Source: Takakia lepidozioides
Taxonomy: Eukaryota; Plantae; Bryophyta
Direction of reading: 5' to 3'
DNA length: 64,000 nucleotides
Assembly: GCA_030704615.1 (NCBI GenBank)
Contig: CM060733.1
Location: 55,862,001-55,926,000, forward strand
The notes beneath the pieces were generated by a model, which had not been told where the DNA came from, did no database searches, and saw only the letters and a program-made list of their open reading frames with translations. Below are positions 49,301-62,585 of the stretch, in pieces; the first letter of the stretch is position 1, and every line of letters begins with the position of its first letter. Made by a program: the position numbers and the translations under genes.

Positions 49301-50478
49301 TCTGCTTCCTCTCGACGGATCTTAACATGGAAAGAAATGAGGTACTGAGAAATAGAAAGTCTGGCACGCAGAAAATAAGATGAAAGATAGAGACACAAGT
49401 GTGCAAGAGAGGTGGCAAAGACTAACTTCCGTTCACATCGTCCTCAATGTGGAGAATGATGTGAGTTGGGATAGACGTCTCCAATCCATCCCCTCTTAAA
49501 TACATTTTGTTCTAGCTGTAGTGATTGACTGAATGCAGTGCCCTATCTGGACTGACACATCTGGGACTGCCGCCTTGTACAACCGATGTGTTCCTCAATC
49601 AGCTTCCTTCCACAACAATCCCAAATCATTTGACTTGGTTCCTACTTTTCCAAGGTTCAACACAGTAGGGGAACATCAAGTTCATCTTTTTGGGGATCTC
49701 GTCATACTTTAAGCGACCTGCAGATCTGGGTTCCAATCAAAACAGGCAGACACCCTAGAGAAAACAGGGCGAACACCATGCCGGCATTCATAGAGGTCTA
49801 TTAATCAAATTTTTATCAAATGATGAGCCATGCATCCCGCTGGCTGTAACCAAAAAGACACCTTCTTGAATGTTCCATAACGGCTCTACAATGTCAGTAC
49901 TATTTCTTTTAGAAGCCGCGTGTCAGTTAGTTTAAGACTTCTTCGTCACATTCACTAGCAGGTGGGACTGTAGATCAAGCTTGAGAAAAAAATTAATGTT
50001 TCAAAGAGAAGAGTTTGTGGACGACTGGCTTGACCGAGCTTAACTATGCATAGGTGTGGGGAGAACATTTGTCAACTGCAACGATGGGGTTTGACGCCCT
50101 CTCTCACTTACTCGAGAGCAGCCATGGCCGTCCCTTCATCCTCGATTGAAGGCCTCCTCTTCTTTTCCAAGGAACCGACCCCCAAAGATCGGAGGACCCA
50201 ACGCTCCACGTTATGTCGGCAGATTGATTAACAGAAATGCATCGTCTTTTCAGGGTGCAATTCGCTGCTGCAGGCCAGGCCCTAACACGTACTTCATCGA
50301 CCAAATTTGAAGCAGCCCCGAGAGATTTGCGTGAAATTTCGCTTACTGGAAAATTGTTAAATACGAATCTTCCCGGACGAAAGCCTGTGATCGTACCCTC
50401 CCGCGCAGATGGCTTCAAGATATTTCCAGGTAGGTTGTGAGGGAGAGACTGTAATGAGACATGGATTGGAGTAGCCAT
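46366..50478 (-). CDS. DUF179 (YqgE/AlgH-like) protein, probably plastid-targeted; exons 50478-50112, 49255-49122, 48596-48249, 46734-46366
   Basis: DWRAFRARLV; WAHPILAPEAGCVLIATEKLDG...FERTVILL...GPYGLILNRP; HLGGPL; FRLFFGYSGW...QL..EL..GLW; LWEEVLQLMGGKY. Splice phases are consistent; the start codon is less certain. Confidence 0.88.
47300..48070 (-). mobile_element. LINE 3'-end fragments (Cys-motif region) and repeated tails within DUF179 intron 3
   Basis: SLPFN...LMCGQPEDRIHFLTRC.GYSHQR and HFLIHCPGYSHER; gagaatg(c/t)actcataaga repeated at ~47297, ~47821 and ~48803. Confidence 0.65.
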
Positions 50479-52894
50479 CCCTGGCCCCAGAATCGCACGA
50501 CAAACAAGCTTTGATGTGCAGGCCCTAGTCCCCACAGGCCGCCTCAACTACACCGAACTCTCAAAGGCAGATTTTGTTCCCTCTCACTGATGAAACACGC
50601 GGAAGTCAAACCGAGGATAGAGCCGGCATAGTGACAACAACAGACGAAAAGATGCCAATCCTCCACAACGCAAGAGACCTTCACAGATGCAACATAGGAA
50701 AAGCAAGCAGAATCACAAGCTCTCCCGATCTACCGCATTACAAAAGACCGCCACCCCACCTAACCACGGGCATACAGCGAACAGATGTCACAGAACCTAA
50801 GAAACTCAACGGCTTCCCGCGCCTCCTCCTCCTCTCAACCTCCGTCTCTTCTCTTCTCTTCTCTTCTCTTCTCTGCCAAGATGTACGATTCAACTGCACG
50901 AGCTATCCGGTTGGGTCGCTGTTGATAATCTTTGCACTTGACTGGAAACCCTCGTCCCCTTCCCTTCCCTCCTTGGCGGGCAGGCCAAGACCGGCCCCTT
51001 CCCGTCTCCCTCGTCCTCCCTCTTTCTTTGAATGCGTCTCTCTGTCGTTTGCCTTCCAGCCAAGATCCTGCTCAACATAAAGGCCCTGCTTTGCCTGCTA
51101 ATCTCTCCACTAAACTCCTTGGTAATTCACACGAGAAGATCGACCTTCGTACCATCACGACATCCACCACCCCACAATTTATTCGCATATACCTATAGGT
51201 ATTTATATGTATCGATATAGGCTCATCGCTCCTTTCCGGATGAGTCTTGAGTGTAAGTGCGAGTTGGAGTGTAGGTAAAGTTCTTGAGCTTTTCTCAAAA
51301 GCTGACAGCGACGGAAGGCAGGGACGGCATTGGCTCAAAACTCGGAGACGCACACGGCCTCCCGTTTGGGCCACTCATGACCTGCCACATGGGCTTAACT
51401 GCTGCAGCTTGGCCAGATACCCTGACGGGCCGTGCCCCAGGGCCCACACACTGTTTTTATCTTATTCTTTATGCTATTAATATTCTAATTATAGCCGGTC
51501 AGGTGACCGGCAACTGCACGCCTAATCCCGGTCGCCCCACCACTACTAGTAGAGGGACCACAGGACTGAAGCTTGAACCGAAGCCAAGGCTTCAAGTCTC
51601 AGCTGCTTCACAACAAAAGGAGATTTGCTCATTTCATCTCTCCTGCAGCATCTTAGGCTGCAGAGATTCAAGACTGGATTCCACCAACTTGCAGACCAGG
51701 CATTTGGCAAGAAGAACAATCCTTCACAGGTATGATGATGGTGTCAACCACCCAGACAGTAAACCTTACAGCAAGTGCAGCAGACATGGACGGAGACCTC
51801 CGCCCTACCGTTGCTCTTATCGTCTCGCGTGGCGCTCTGCCGCTGACTCCAGGAGCGAGGCGATAAGGATGATGCTAGTTATGACTGGTGTACACCTTTT
51901 TCTGCAGACAGGCCAACAATAGCCAGATCTCCCAGTCTCTACGAGTTGAGTAGGCAGTCCAGCAATCCGCAGGTGGTTTCCATAGTCACCTCGAAAAGAG
52001 GTGGGTATTTAATGGGGGAATTTCTGCAGCTAAGGGAGCACATCTGCTTTCAATATGTCAGGCTCCACTCCCACACAGATTCCACAGATGGGGCTGCATT
52101 CATGTGAAATATCAGCTGCGACTAGGTTCATGGGAACTTTTTGAAAATAAAGTTGGAGAGTGCATTGCAGCAATCTGCAGCTATCCTCTAAGTTGTCTTT
52201 CAACTCCCTTAAATGTAACATGCATTTTTTGGTCTGAGATTCAAAGGCATATTGATTCTCACTTGGTAGCGCAACTGTGCCCCGACAGATCCTCTGCAAC
52301 CAGTATCATCCCCATCCATAGAAGGCCCTGATAAACCCCTCGTGAGGTCACTGGTGGCCCAGCCACGCCACAACAAAAGTTGGGCATTCTGTTCCTGGCG
52401 GCAGCAGCTCCCAATAGTCATTACCTCCAGAGCAAGGAAAGACAACTATAAACAAGCAGGTCAGCACGCAACAATAAGACTAGTGAGAAAGTCATTTCAC
52501 TGTTGGATTCAATAGGGCGAGCTCATTTGCAATGGCGAACTTGTATATTCCTTCGTGACTTCTCTGTAGAGATATCTGCTGGAGAAAATTTCTGCCCAGC
52601 CTGTAGAAGCTGACATTATAGCGCCAAGCTATCCCTTTCACTCCAATATCCAGATATTACATCGAATGAATTCCACAACCCTTACATCTTGCAATTTTTA
52701 CCGGTCTTGAGCAACTGAATGACAGATGGGTTTTATGAGGTGCGAGAAATACCAAAGTGACCCTTGCTACATTCAAATGCACTTTCAGATGCTCCTTATT
52801 TGGAAAGAATGAACCTATGTACTGGAACAGCTATGTTCAGAAAGCTGGTTTACCTACTGCATTGATAACAGAGACGCAAACTGGACACAATGGG

Positions 52895-55386
52895 CTAAAC
52901 CAGTGCATCCAACCGAGGTTCAAAGGAGAATCCCAGAACACTTCGAGCTTCAAGATAATCATTGAGGGTGCAGCTGGGCAGCCACCACCATGAGTTTTGG
53001 TAGATGTCATACATAAGCATGTCTCGCGAGTAGTACTCTGTGAAACAGATGTGGTCTCCATGGGCAACGCACAGGAAGTGATGACCTTGGGACCTGAAAA
53101 CACCCCATGCATGATTGGCAGATGTTATTTTTGTCCTACCAACTCGAGTACCTGACCTTACACTCTTGCTATGGGTGTAAACACCAGTTACATGGAGCTA
53201 GCACAGGAGTGTCCTATTCTAGACAAGATTATATGACTTAGTAAACAAAACTGAAAGAAGGTCTTCCAACCTAACTTCATAACCAGCAGTGTGCAAACAA
53301 CCATTCGCCCTTACATACGAAAGTTTAATTTCTCCTTTGCCAAGGCCCCATCACAAATTGCATGAAAGGAACAGAAAAGGTATTAAAGGAGAATGGATAA
53401 GAAACCGACTTGAAGAGCATTTTGAACAACCGATCTGGCATGCGTTGAACCTCAATCCACTCTTTCTTGGCCATATCCAGCCACCATAGATGTACACTTT
53501 TAAGTGTCCCAAATTCTTCTACTCCTCCCACCATCATCAGGCGGCCACGGTTCCCCAAAAGCTGTGGGCATACTAGAGAGAGAGGCATTTTGACATCAAC
53601 TTCGTGCCATCCACCATGCTCTACATGGTATGCCAACACTCCAGTTGCTGCCCCAAACGTCATACTGTAAAGATATCCATTGATGTAGGCAGTCCCAGCT
53701 ATCAGGGCAACCCTTCTGCGAAGGCTGCTCGTCATCTTCCATGAGTCGCTCTTTGAGTCATATACCTATGATTCAATTCAGATTTTCCCACTTTGTAAGA
53801 TGTAAAGGTAGCAAACTGTAGTCTGGAAATTACCAAATCATAACCCAAAATATAGGATTGGCTGCTTTCATGTATTACAATTGCCCCCAACAACTTAAAG
53901 AAACTGAAAGTAAATGAGACTCAGGGTATACACATGCCTGTTAGCAACAAACCTGGGGAGAAGTCTATCAAGCTCCAAAATGACCTACTGAGCTACATGT
54001 TCAAGTTAAGGCTTCGAATCATTCCATCACATAGAATTTGTGTGTCTTACAGCATATAGATTGTGCGAGCCAAATGCTTTATCAAAGTTTGGCCAGGACA
54101 AAAGCAACATAGCTTGATCCAATCACCAATGATAATCTTAAAACTCAATGCTGACGGAACCTTAGGGGAGAATCAAATGCTCAGCATTTGGAACCTCTGA
54201 TAGCAATCTGTCTGTAGCAAACCTCATGAATGACTGTAAAGAACGAAGTCAACAGATTGTGTGTGGTCTTGGGATCTCACTCCACTGGATTCCTATTACA
54301 AGAATTCCTCTGCGGGCTCTCTCTCATGGTTTCAAATTATCTCCCTCACTTGTGTAGGTTTGTCATGTGGAAGAAGAAATCACTCTACAATCCCAACTTC
54401 AATTCATGCATTTCAAATGAAGCTTAGGAGGTGCCTTCTATTTCTGGATAGCAACTTCCTTTGCAACCAGTCAAACTCAAGCTGACAATTTTAGCTTGGA
54501 TGTAAGCTCGTCTGCCATTGTATCCACATCGACATGGCTCATACGCTAAAAGAGAATTCAGCCAATTGAGAATCCACACGGAAAAATAATAAGAGACACT
54601 GACCTGGGATGTCAACTGGTCTCCATCCTGGGCAACCAGAATCTTGTAAGTCTTCTTCTCTGGATCCATGACCATGCCTACCACGTACGGGGATTTCATG
54701 TCGAGCATTGCGGGGAGCTTGCGCTGCGATCGGGTCATAGGATTGGAGACGAACAACGAGCGGCTCTGGGATCCAGTACCTTCCAGACACAGAAGGCCCC
54801 CTGCGGCAGCCAAGACTAAGAAAGATTCGAAAAATGGACAGGAGAGAAAGAACGAGAGAGGTAATAGGTGCCACTTGTGCAGGGTGGGGTCATAGGCAGC
54901 GCATCTTTGCCGGAAGGGATCCGCAAACATAAGAAAGAAGGGACCATGGGAAGGAACCCTAGCGCAGATTGACAGAAAACCCCGAGAGTACAGAATGGTG
55001 TTCCATCTCTTACAAACGCAACGCAACCGGAAAAAGCTTGGCAGTGGTAACCACGCCAAAATGATATCCAGGAGATGCTCGGGCAGTTCACTCCACAGCA
55101 TTTCATCCATGGTGCCTGCCGTATCCTGGCTACACGAGCTTTCGGATTGGGCAACTAACACGATTTGATTCACTCCTTCTTCTTTCATGATTGCCAAATT
55201 CCCTTTCCCAGACGCATTAATGACACTAAGCGATGCCAGGGATCTCACAAGGTTGGCTGTGCAAGAAATCATTGCAGCATCATTCTCAAGGTTTCCGAGA
55301 CTGGAATCCGCCCCGTCCATTGCAAGCGAAACCACACCTATACCAGCTTTACTACCTTTGAACCTTCGTTTGCGCTTTCTAGTCAT
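52895..55386 (-). CDS. F-box (kelch-like) protein; exons 55386-54604, 53765-53410, 53093-52895
   Basis: F-box LWSELPEHLLDIILAWLPLPSFFRLRCVCKRWN; AAAGGLLCL; VSNPMTR..RKLP; VYDSKSDSW; GRLMMVGG; C-terminal GFSFEPRLDALV*. Splice phases are consistent. Confidence 0.92.
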
Positions 55387-56077
55387 CTTGTCAACGCAGC
55401 CATACTTGAATTGATACCACTCGTCATGCCGGCCAACGCCTCTCTTTCGGTCCGACTAAAACCTCGCACACAACACATGCCTATCTGTGCACGAAATGAC
55501 CAACTCAACAACACTCACGAAAATTTCCGCTTCCTTGAATCCTGAAAGAGAAGGGGCTGCTGCAGCTACCGAATCCAAACCACAACAGCGAGCGAGGGAT
55601 GTAGGATCGAGCGCGCAGAGAGTGCAGCGAGGCCGCAGAGAGACGAGCGGCTCCAGGCGTTGCAAGCAGGCCCGCTTGAGGATTCTCACACGTGGCCCCT
55701 CCAAGCTGCTTTGCTCGAGAAATAATGTGGGTGTGACCAATGGGGCCAAAGATTCACTCAACGGTATCATTCCACTCATACGCGACACCGCTATCTACTT
55801 TTTAAAATTCTTTTCTTTCTTTTCTTTTCTTTTCTTTTGAAGCACAATTTCGGAGTAAGTTCCGTACGGACGGTCGGCCCCTAAGTTCTTAAAAACGAAA
55901 AACGAATAAAAGGAGATTGCCAGCCTTTGGGTGTCTTTTTTTTCACTTTTCCAAAATCGCCACAAGGGCCACATGTAAATTCGTAAATTCTACCCAGCGC
56001 CCATGTGGCGAGAATAACGAGGTGGCAGGGTTTGAGAAGTACATATAACAGATGTCTTATTTTAACATGTCCACGTA

Positions 56078-56697
56078 GGAAAAATCTTGCTCCTGACATC
56101 TAACCATTGGTTGCCTGCTTCCTGCCATGCTTCCTCTGGAAACTCTACGGGCCGTACCACACTAGCGGCAAGAGGGCAAGAGGGCAAGCGGCACTCAATT
56201 TTGGACCCTCCCATTGGTTCAAGGGAGGGCAGTGTGCCGCTCTACCTACCACCTACCACACCAGCGGTGTTGCCGGCATAGAGGCGTTGACATGGCTACA
56301 ACTTGGCGCCTACATGTCACATTCCCATGAAATACGGATTTCCAGGCAATGTCCCTTGGAAATCCACAATTTTAGGAAGACATTTTGTCATGACACTGAT
56401 TCTCCCGCCATCGCGAAGCGACGCGATGTCAAAGCCTCTAGGAATTGGTTATTTTTAGAATGAAAAGATGAGGTAGTTGTGATTTTTTTTTGGCTGTTGG
56501 GCTTATGCTATAGTGTGGTAGCCAATTCATTGCCGCTTGGTGACATGGACCTAAATCATCCAACAACCCCTAGCCTGCAATGTCCACGTCAGTGCCATTG
56601 GTGTGGTACGGCCCCTACGGCCCTAAGCCTAACTTGTGTTTGGTTGAAATACATCCTTAAGGGCACAATGGCTGAATGTCAGGAGCCACATTTCTCC
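56078..56697. mobile_element. MITE (620 bp) inside the left inverted repeat
   Basis: TIRs GGAAAAATCTTGCTCCTGACAT and reverse complement GGAGAAATGTGGCTCCTGACAT, flanked by TA on both sides; absent from the right-hand repeat. Confidence 0.7.
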
Positions 56698-57189
56698 TAG
56701 CCAAGCATTAGATGGGGCCTGGAGTTGAATGCGAGGGAGCCGGTTCAGCCAGCGTGGACCCCCCGCACCCCCGCCTCCATCGCCCGCACACCGCGCGGCA
56801 CGCCCTCCCGTGCCTCATGTGCCCGCTGGGGGGACATGATGCATGCCCTGGCCATGCCCTCTCCCGCATCCCCATCCCGCCTCCCATGCCTGCCCTCATG
56901 CCTGCCATCGTCCTGCATCCAACATAGTACATGCTATCCCAAGCATACATCATGCATTCATGAAATTATGCATGATTCAAAAATTATTCTGACAGGTATT
57001 CTAATTTCAAATGGCAAATCTGAGCAAAGGACTTGACGTTCAAATGTATGCCACGTCGTCACATACATGGCCACCCCAATTGAGGGTTTTGCTACCCTCA
57101 TCGTGCATTTCCTCGTACAGCAATTCTCTCCATGTTTTCCAACCGCGTCCCTACGCAACGAGGGCGTTCACATTCCATGGAACGCGATG

Positions 57190-59156
57190 GAATGGTGTCA
57201 TGGAACGCGATGATCGCAAAATATGCACAACACGGTCTGGGATGGAGGCTTTGGAGACCTATGAGCAAATGATGCGTGGGGGGGTGAGGCCCAACCATAT
57301 CACGTTTGTTTGCATTTGCAATGCATGTGCGAGCCTTGCAGCCTTGGAAAAGGGCAAAGAGGTCCATGGTGATATCGTCAAAGCTGGAATAGTACCAGAC
57401 GTCATTCTGAACACTGCCCTGGTGGACATGTATGCCAAATGATGCAAAGGGAGTGTTCGACAACATGGTTGAACGAAATGTGGTGTCGATGATCGCAGAA
57501 TATGCACAGCACGGGTGTGGAATGGAGGCTTTGGAGACCTATGAGCAAATGATGCGCAGGGGGTGAGTCCCAACCATATCATGTTTGTTTGCATTTGCAA
57601 TGCGTGTGCGAGCCTTGTAGCCTTGGAAAAGGGCAAAGAGGTCCATGGTGATATCGTCAAAGCTGGAATAGTACCAGACGTCATTCTGAACACTGCCCTG
57701 GTGGACATGTATGCCAAATGTGGGAGCATTGAGATTGCATTGAGCAGATGATGTGGGAAAGGGTGAAGCCCGACCGCATCACGTTTGTTTGTGTTTGCAA
57801 GGCATGTGCAAGCTTGGCAGCTCTCGAAAAGGGCAAAGAGGTCCATGGTGACATCGTCAAAGCTGGAAGTGTACCAGATGTTATTCTACACAGTACCCTT
57901 ATGGACATGTATGCCAAATGTGGGAGCATTGAAGATTCAAATGGAGTGTTTGACACTACGGCTGAACGTGATGTGTTGTCGTGGAACGCAATGATTGCAG
58001 GATATGCACAACAAGGCGCGGGACTGAGGCTTTGCAGACATATAAGCAAATGATGCAGGAAGAGGTGAAGCCCAACCACATCACGTTTTTTTGTGTTTGC
58101 AATGCATGTGCAAGGGTGGCAGTCTTGGAAAAGGGCAAAGAGGTCCATGATGACATCGTCAGAGCTGGTATTGTACCAAATGTCACTCTAAACAATGCCC
58201 TCGTGGACATGTATGCCAAATGTGGGAGCATGGAGGATGCAAAGGGAGTGTTCAACAATATGGCCGATCGAGATGTGGCGTCCTGGAATGCTATGATTGC
58301 AGGATATGAAGGAATGCAAATGGAAAGCTTAAAGCTGGACAATATCATCTTTATATGTCTTCTCTCTGCATGCAGCCACATTGGCCTACTGGATGAAGGA
58401 AGATGCAACTTTGATTCCCTGAGTCAACATCATGATGTCTCTCCGACAGTAAAGCACTCTGGCTGCATGGTGGACCTTCTTGGACATATGGGGCAATTGG
58501 ATGAGGCAGAGGAGCTTTTAACAAAATGCCAATGAAACCAAATGCTATGGTTTGGAGGGCCTTGCTTGGTGCCTGCAGAATCCATGGCAATGTGGAGATG
58601 GTTGAACGTGCAGCAACATCTATTCTCAAGTGGGATGAACAGGATGTTGCGACTTATGTGTTGCTATCAAACAACTATGCTGCAGCTGGCAGGTGGGACG
58701 ATAGTGCAAAGGTACAAAAAATGATGAAGGTCAGAGAGGCTAGAAAGGAGCTAGGTCACTGCTACTTTGAGGTTGGCAACAAGGTGCACACCATTGTTGT
58801 AGATGACAAATTGCACCCCAAAATTAAGGAAATCCATGCTGAGCTGAAAAGATTGTTTGGACAGATGAAGGAGACAGGGTATGTGCCTGACACGTTTTGT
58901 ATTGCATGATGTGGGGGAGGAGCAAAAGGAATTTTCTCTTTGCCAGCACAGTGAGAAGCTGGCCATTGGTTTTGGGCTAATCAGCACGGCCCCTAGGAGT
59001 ACACTCCGGTTCATCAAGAATCTTCGGGTGTGTGGTGACTGCGACACCTCCACCAAGTTCATTTCAAAGATTGTTGGCCGCGCAATTGTTGTACGGCATG
59101 CTAACCGCTTTCACCACTTTGAAGATGGGGTTTGTTCTTGCCGGGATTACTGGTGA
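57190..59156 (+). pseudogene. PLS-type PPR-E-DYW RNA-editing factor pseudogene
   Basis: Repeated P/L/S motifs (VDMYAKCGS, SWNAMIAGY, KPNHITF), E domain (WRALLGACRIHGN), PG-box-like region, DYW HSEKLAI...CGDC...CSCRDYW. Stop at 57440 and several frameshifts. Confidence 0.92.
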
Positions 59157-59176
59157 AACAGTTTTTTCTGGAAAAT

Positions 59177-59322
59177 TGTGGTGACTGCCACACCTCCACC
59201 AAGTTCATCTCAAAGATTGTTGGCAGCGCAATTGTTGTACAGGATGCTAACCGCTTTCACTACTTTGAAGATGGGGTTTGTTCTTGCGGGGATTATTGGT
59301 GAAACAATTTTTTCTGGGAAGA
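59177..59322 (+). repeat. 146-bp tandem duplicate of the DYW C-terminus and 3' flank
   Basis: Copy of 59031-59176, encoding [13 protein letters not shown]...CSCGDYW*. Confidence 0.9.
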
Positions 59323-60639
59323 TGCAAGTGTCTTGCTTCATTCATTGATCTGTGTAGCTACTCAGTTCATCCACCATTTCTGGAGAAGATTGACCATGAT
59401 GTACTGTTGAGGGCATTTCCTGCTGCATATCCACAGGAAATGGTAGTGGGGTAGGTGAAGTCAGCCCATACTTGCACTTGACTGGAGCAGGTAATGAGTA
59501 AAGGGGGGATTTGGACTGACTCTGGTGATAGTGGAAGGAAATCAGAGTGTTGTGCTAGTTCTGGTGTGGGTGGTGGACCTTCTCCAAAGCTTGGAATTGG
59601 ATCTTGGTGAATTAAGGCTAGCTTTTCGACAACATTCATGCAAGCTAATCAAGAGCTCTATCTGACACAGCGTCGTGATACAAACATGTCCAAATTTAAG
59701 ATGCTGAACAAACTTGTGCATAGGGCTGTCCTTCTAATCAAGCTCATTACGAATTGTATTCACTTTCATCTGGCCTGAAACTTCACGTAGTGATTGTAAA
59801 GTACTTGAGATGCTGATCTCAAACAAGCGGCAAGATCTCCTAAATATCCAATAGCCTTATCACGAAAAGCAAACCTCTTTTTCTCAATCTCTTGATGTAA
59901 CTGTCCAATATCTCAAATGTGGACCCAAAAACTTATGGGTGAATCTCTTGATCCATCATGTTGGTTCAATTAATATTAATACAATTACACCAAAATAATG
60001 GATATGACTAATGAGAGGGTGATGTCGACCGCTCCTCCTTTGGCTGTGACAGCATTGTCACAACAAGACTCCACTTTGCCTTGTGATGTGGTGTGACACT
60101 CAACTCTTGTGCTAAGGGTGGGATATGTTACACCCAGGATCACCTTGGTTATGCGCAGTCAAGGCACAACTACCCAACCACGCATAACTACAGATCATAT
60201 AACAAATATCTTTCCCAGGTAGAGTGAAGATCATTCCCACAAAGGAGACTCTGCCTGTCTTCCCGTTGGTAAGGAAAATGTTTGCAGTATCTTTCTTTTT
60301 CTTGTATGAGATACAATTATGCGATCCAATGAGAGCCACGTGTCATATCTGTGGTCAAATTGGGAGCTCCAGTAGCAATGCAGGCATACACATTCTGTTT
60401 GCTAGCATGATCTGATGCCTGTAATCAGATTGCTTTTGATCATGTGGGCGCAAAGCGCAATCTCGGGCACCTCCTGGTTGGTAGACTCCACAATCACCTC
60501 TTGTTGCGTTGTTATGCCGGGGGGAGGAAATGCCTTTAAAAGTATGTCATAGTCGACATTCCCAGGGCATTGGCGAATGAACCAAGCAGCTGGATGCTTT
60601 TAATGAATGAAGCAAGCCACTCACAACATCAATTCACTA

Positions 60640-62585
60640 GAATAAACCCATCCTCAAAGTGGTGAAAGCGGCTGGTATCCTGTTCAACAATTGCTCGCCG
60701 AACAATCTTTGAGATGAATTTGGTGGCTGTGGCAGTCACCACACATTCAAAGGTTCTTGATGAATCAAAGAGGTGTCCCTGGTACCGTACTCATCCGCCC
60801 AAAAGCAATGGCCACCTTGTTGTGGTGGCAAAGAGAAATTTCTTTTGCTCCTACATATCATGCAATACAAACAGGCACGTACCTGGCCTCCTTCATGTGC
60901 CCATCCAATCTTCTCAGCTCAACATGCATTTCTTAATTTGTGGATACAATTGTCATCTACCACCAAATATGTGGACCCGTTTACCAAAGTCAATGGAGCA
61001 GCGACCTAGCTGCTTTCTGATACCTCTGAATTGCATCATTTTCCTCACCATTGCAGTATCGTCCCATCTGCCAGCTGCAGCATATATAAGTGATAGCAAT
61101 TCATAAGTTATGGTGTCCTTGTTGATCCCACTTGAGAATAGATTTTGCCACAGATTGTGCCACCTCCACATTCCCATAAATTTTGCAGGCACCAAGCAAG
61201 GCCTTCCACACCGCAGCATCTGGTTGGACAGACATTTTGTTGATGATGTCCTCAGCCTCATCCAATCGCCCTGCACGGCCAAGGAGGTCCACCATGCAGC
61301 CAAAGTGTTCCATTGTAGGAGTCAGGCCATGATCTCGATGCAGGGAATCAAAGTAGTGTCTGCCTTCATCCACCAGACCCCCATGACTACATGCTTGGAG
61401 AACACATATAAAAGTGATACTGTTCGGCGTCAAGCCTTCCTTTTGCATTCCTTCAAATAGTTGCATAGCCTCCTTATGACAACCATGTTGGGCATATCCT
61501 GCAATCATGGCATTCCATGATACCACATTTCATTCAGCCATACTGTTGAACACTTCATTTGCATCGTCAATACTCCCACATTTGGCATAAATGTCCACAA
61601 GGGAATTGTTAAGAATGACATCTGGTACAATTCCAGCTTTCATGATGTCAGCTTGGACCTCTCTACCATTTTCCAGGGCTGTCAGGCACGCACATGCATT
61701 GCAAATGCAAATGAAGGTGACCTGATCTGGCTTCACCTCTTCGCCCATCATTTGCTCATAGGTCTCCAAACCCTCTATTCCGCATCCATGCTAGGCATAT
61801 CCTCCTATCATTGTGTTCCATGACACCACATTTCGTTCAGCCATTTTGGCGAACACTCCCTTTGCATCCTCAATGCTCCCACATTTGGCGTACATGTCCG
61901 CGAAGGTGTTGTTCAGAATGACATCTGGTACAATTCCAGTTGTCACAATGTCAGCATGGACCTCTCTGCCTTTTTTCAGGGCTGCCTTCCCTGCACACGC
62001 ATTGCAAACGCAAAGGAAAGTGACCTGGTTTGGCTTCACCCCTACCCGGATCATTTGCTCATAGGTCTCCAAAGCATCCATTCCGCATCCATGCTGGGCA
62101 TATCCTGTGATCATAGCATTCCATGACACCACATTTCGTTCTACCATATTGTCAAACAGCCCCTTTCTATCCTTGAGGCTCCCACATTTGGCATAAATGT
62201 CTACAAGGGTGTTGTTCAGAATGACATCTGATACAATTCCAGTTTTTATGATGTCAGCATGAACCTCTCTGCCATTTTCCAGGGCTGCCAGGCCTGCACA
62301 GGCATTGCAAATGCAAATGAAAGTGACCTGGTCTGGCTTCACCCGTTCCTGGATCATTTTCTCGTAGGTCCTCAAAGCCTCCATCCCACACCCATGCTGG
62401 GAATATCCTCCAATCATAGCACTCCAGGAAACCACATATCGTTCAGCCATACTATTGAACACTCCATTTGCATCCTTAATGCTCTCGCATTTGGCATACA
62501 TGTCCACCAAGGTGTTGTTCAGAATGACATATGGGTCAATTCCAGCTTTCATGATGTTGGAATGGACCTCTTTGTCCTTTCCTCA
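60640..62585 (-). pseudogene. Second PLS-PPR-E-DYW pseudogene, tail-to-tail with the first
   Basis: Regular PLS triplets, E domain WKALLGACKIYGN, degenerate DYW (KVAIAFG...FIKNL...TKFISKIV...RFHHFEDG). Stops at 61791 and 61530; frameshifts from ~61125. Confidence 0.92.

Noticed and set aside
50574-51922. ORFs of 168 and 212 aa
   Set aside because: They overlap CT-rich UTR/promoter-like DNA between DUF179 and the F-box gene, mostly have non-ATG starts, and show no domains.
56708-57036. Matching ORFs MGPGVECEG… here and at 63378-63893
   Set aside because: They are translations of the GC-rich inverted repeat, not genes.
58750-59156. DYW:KP (U-to-C) editing variant
   Set aside because: The domain has HSEK and ends in DYW, i.e. 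the ordinary C-to-U type.
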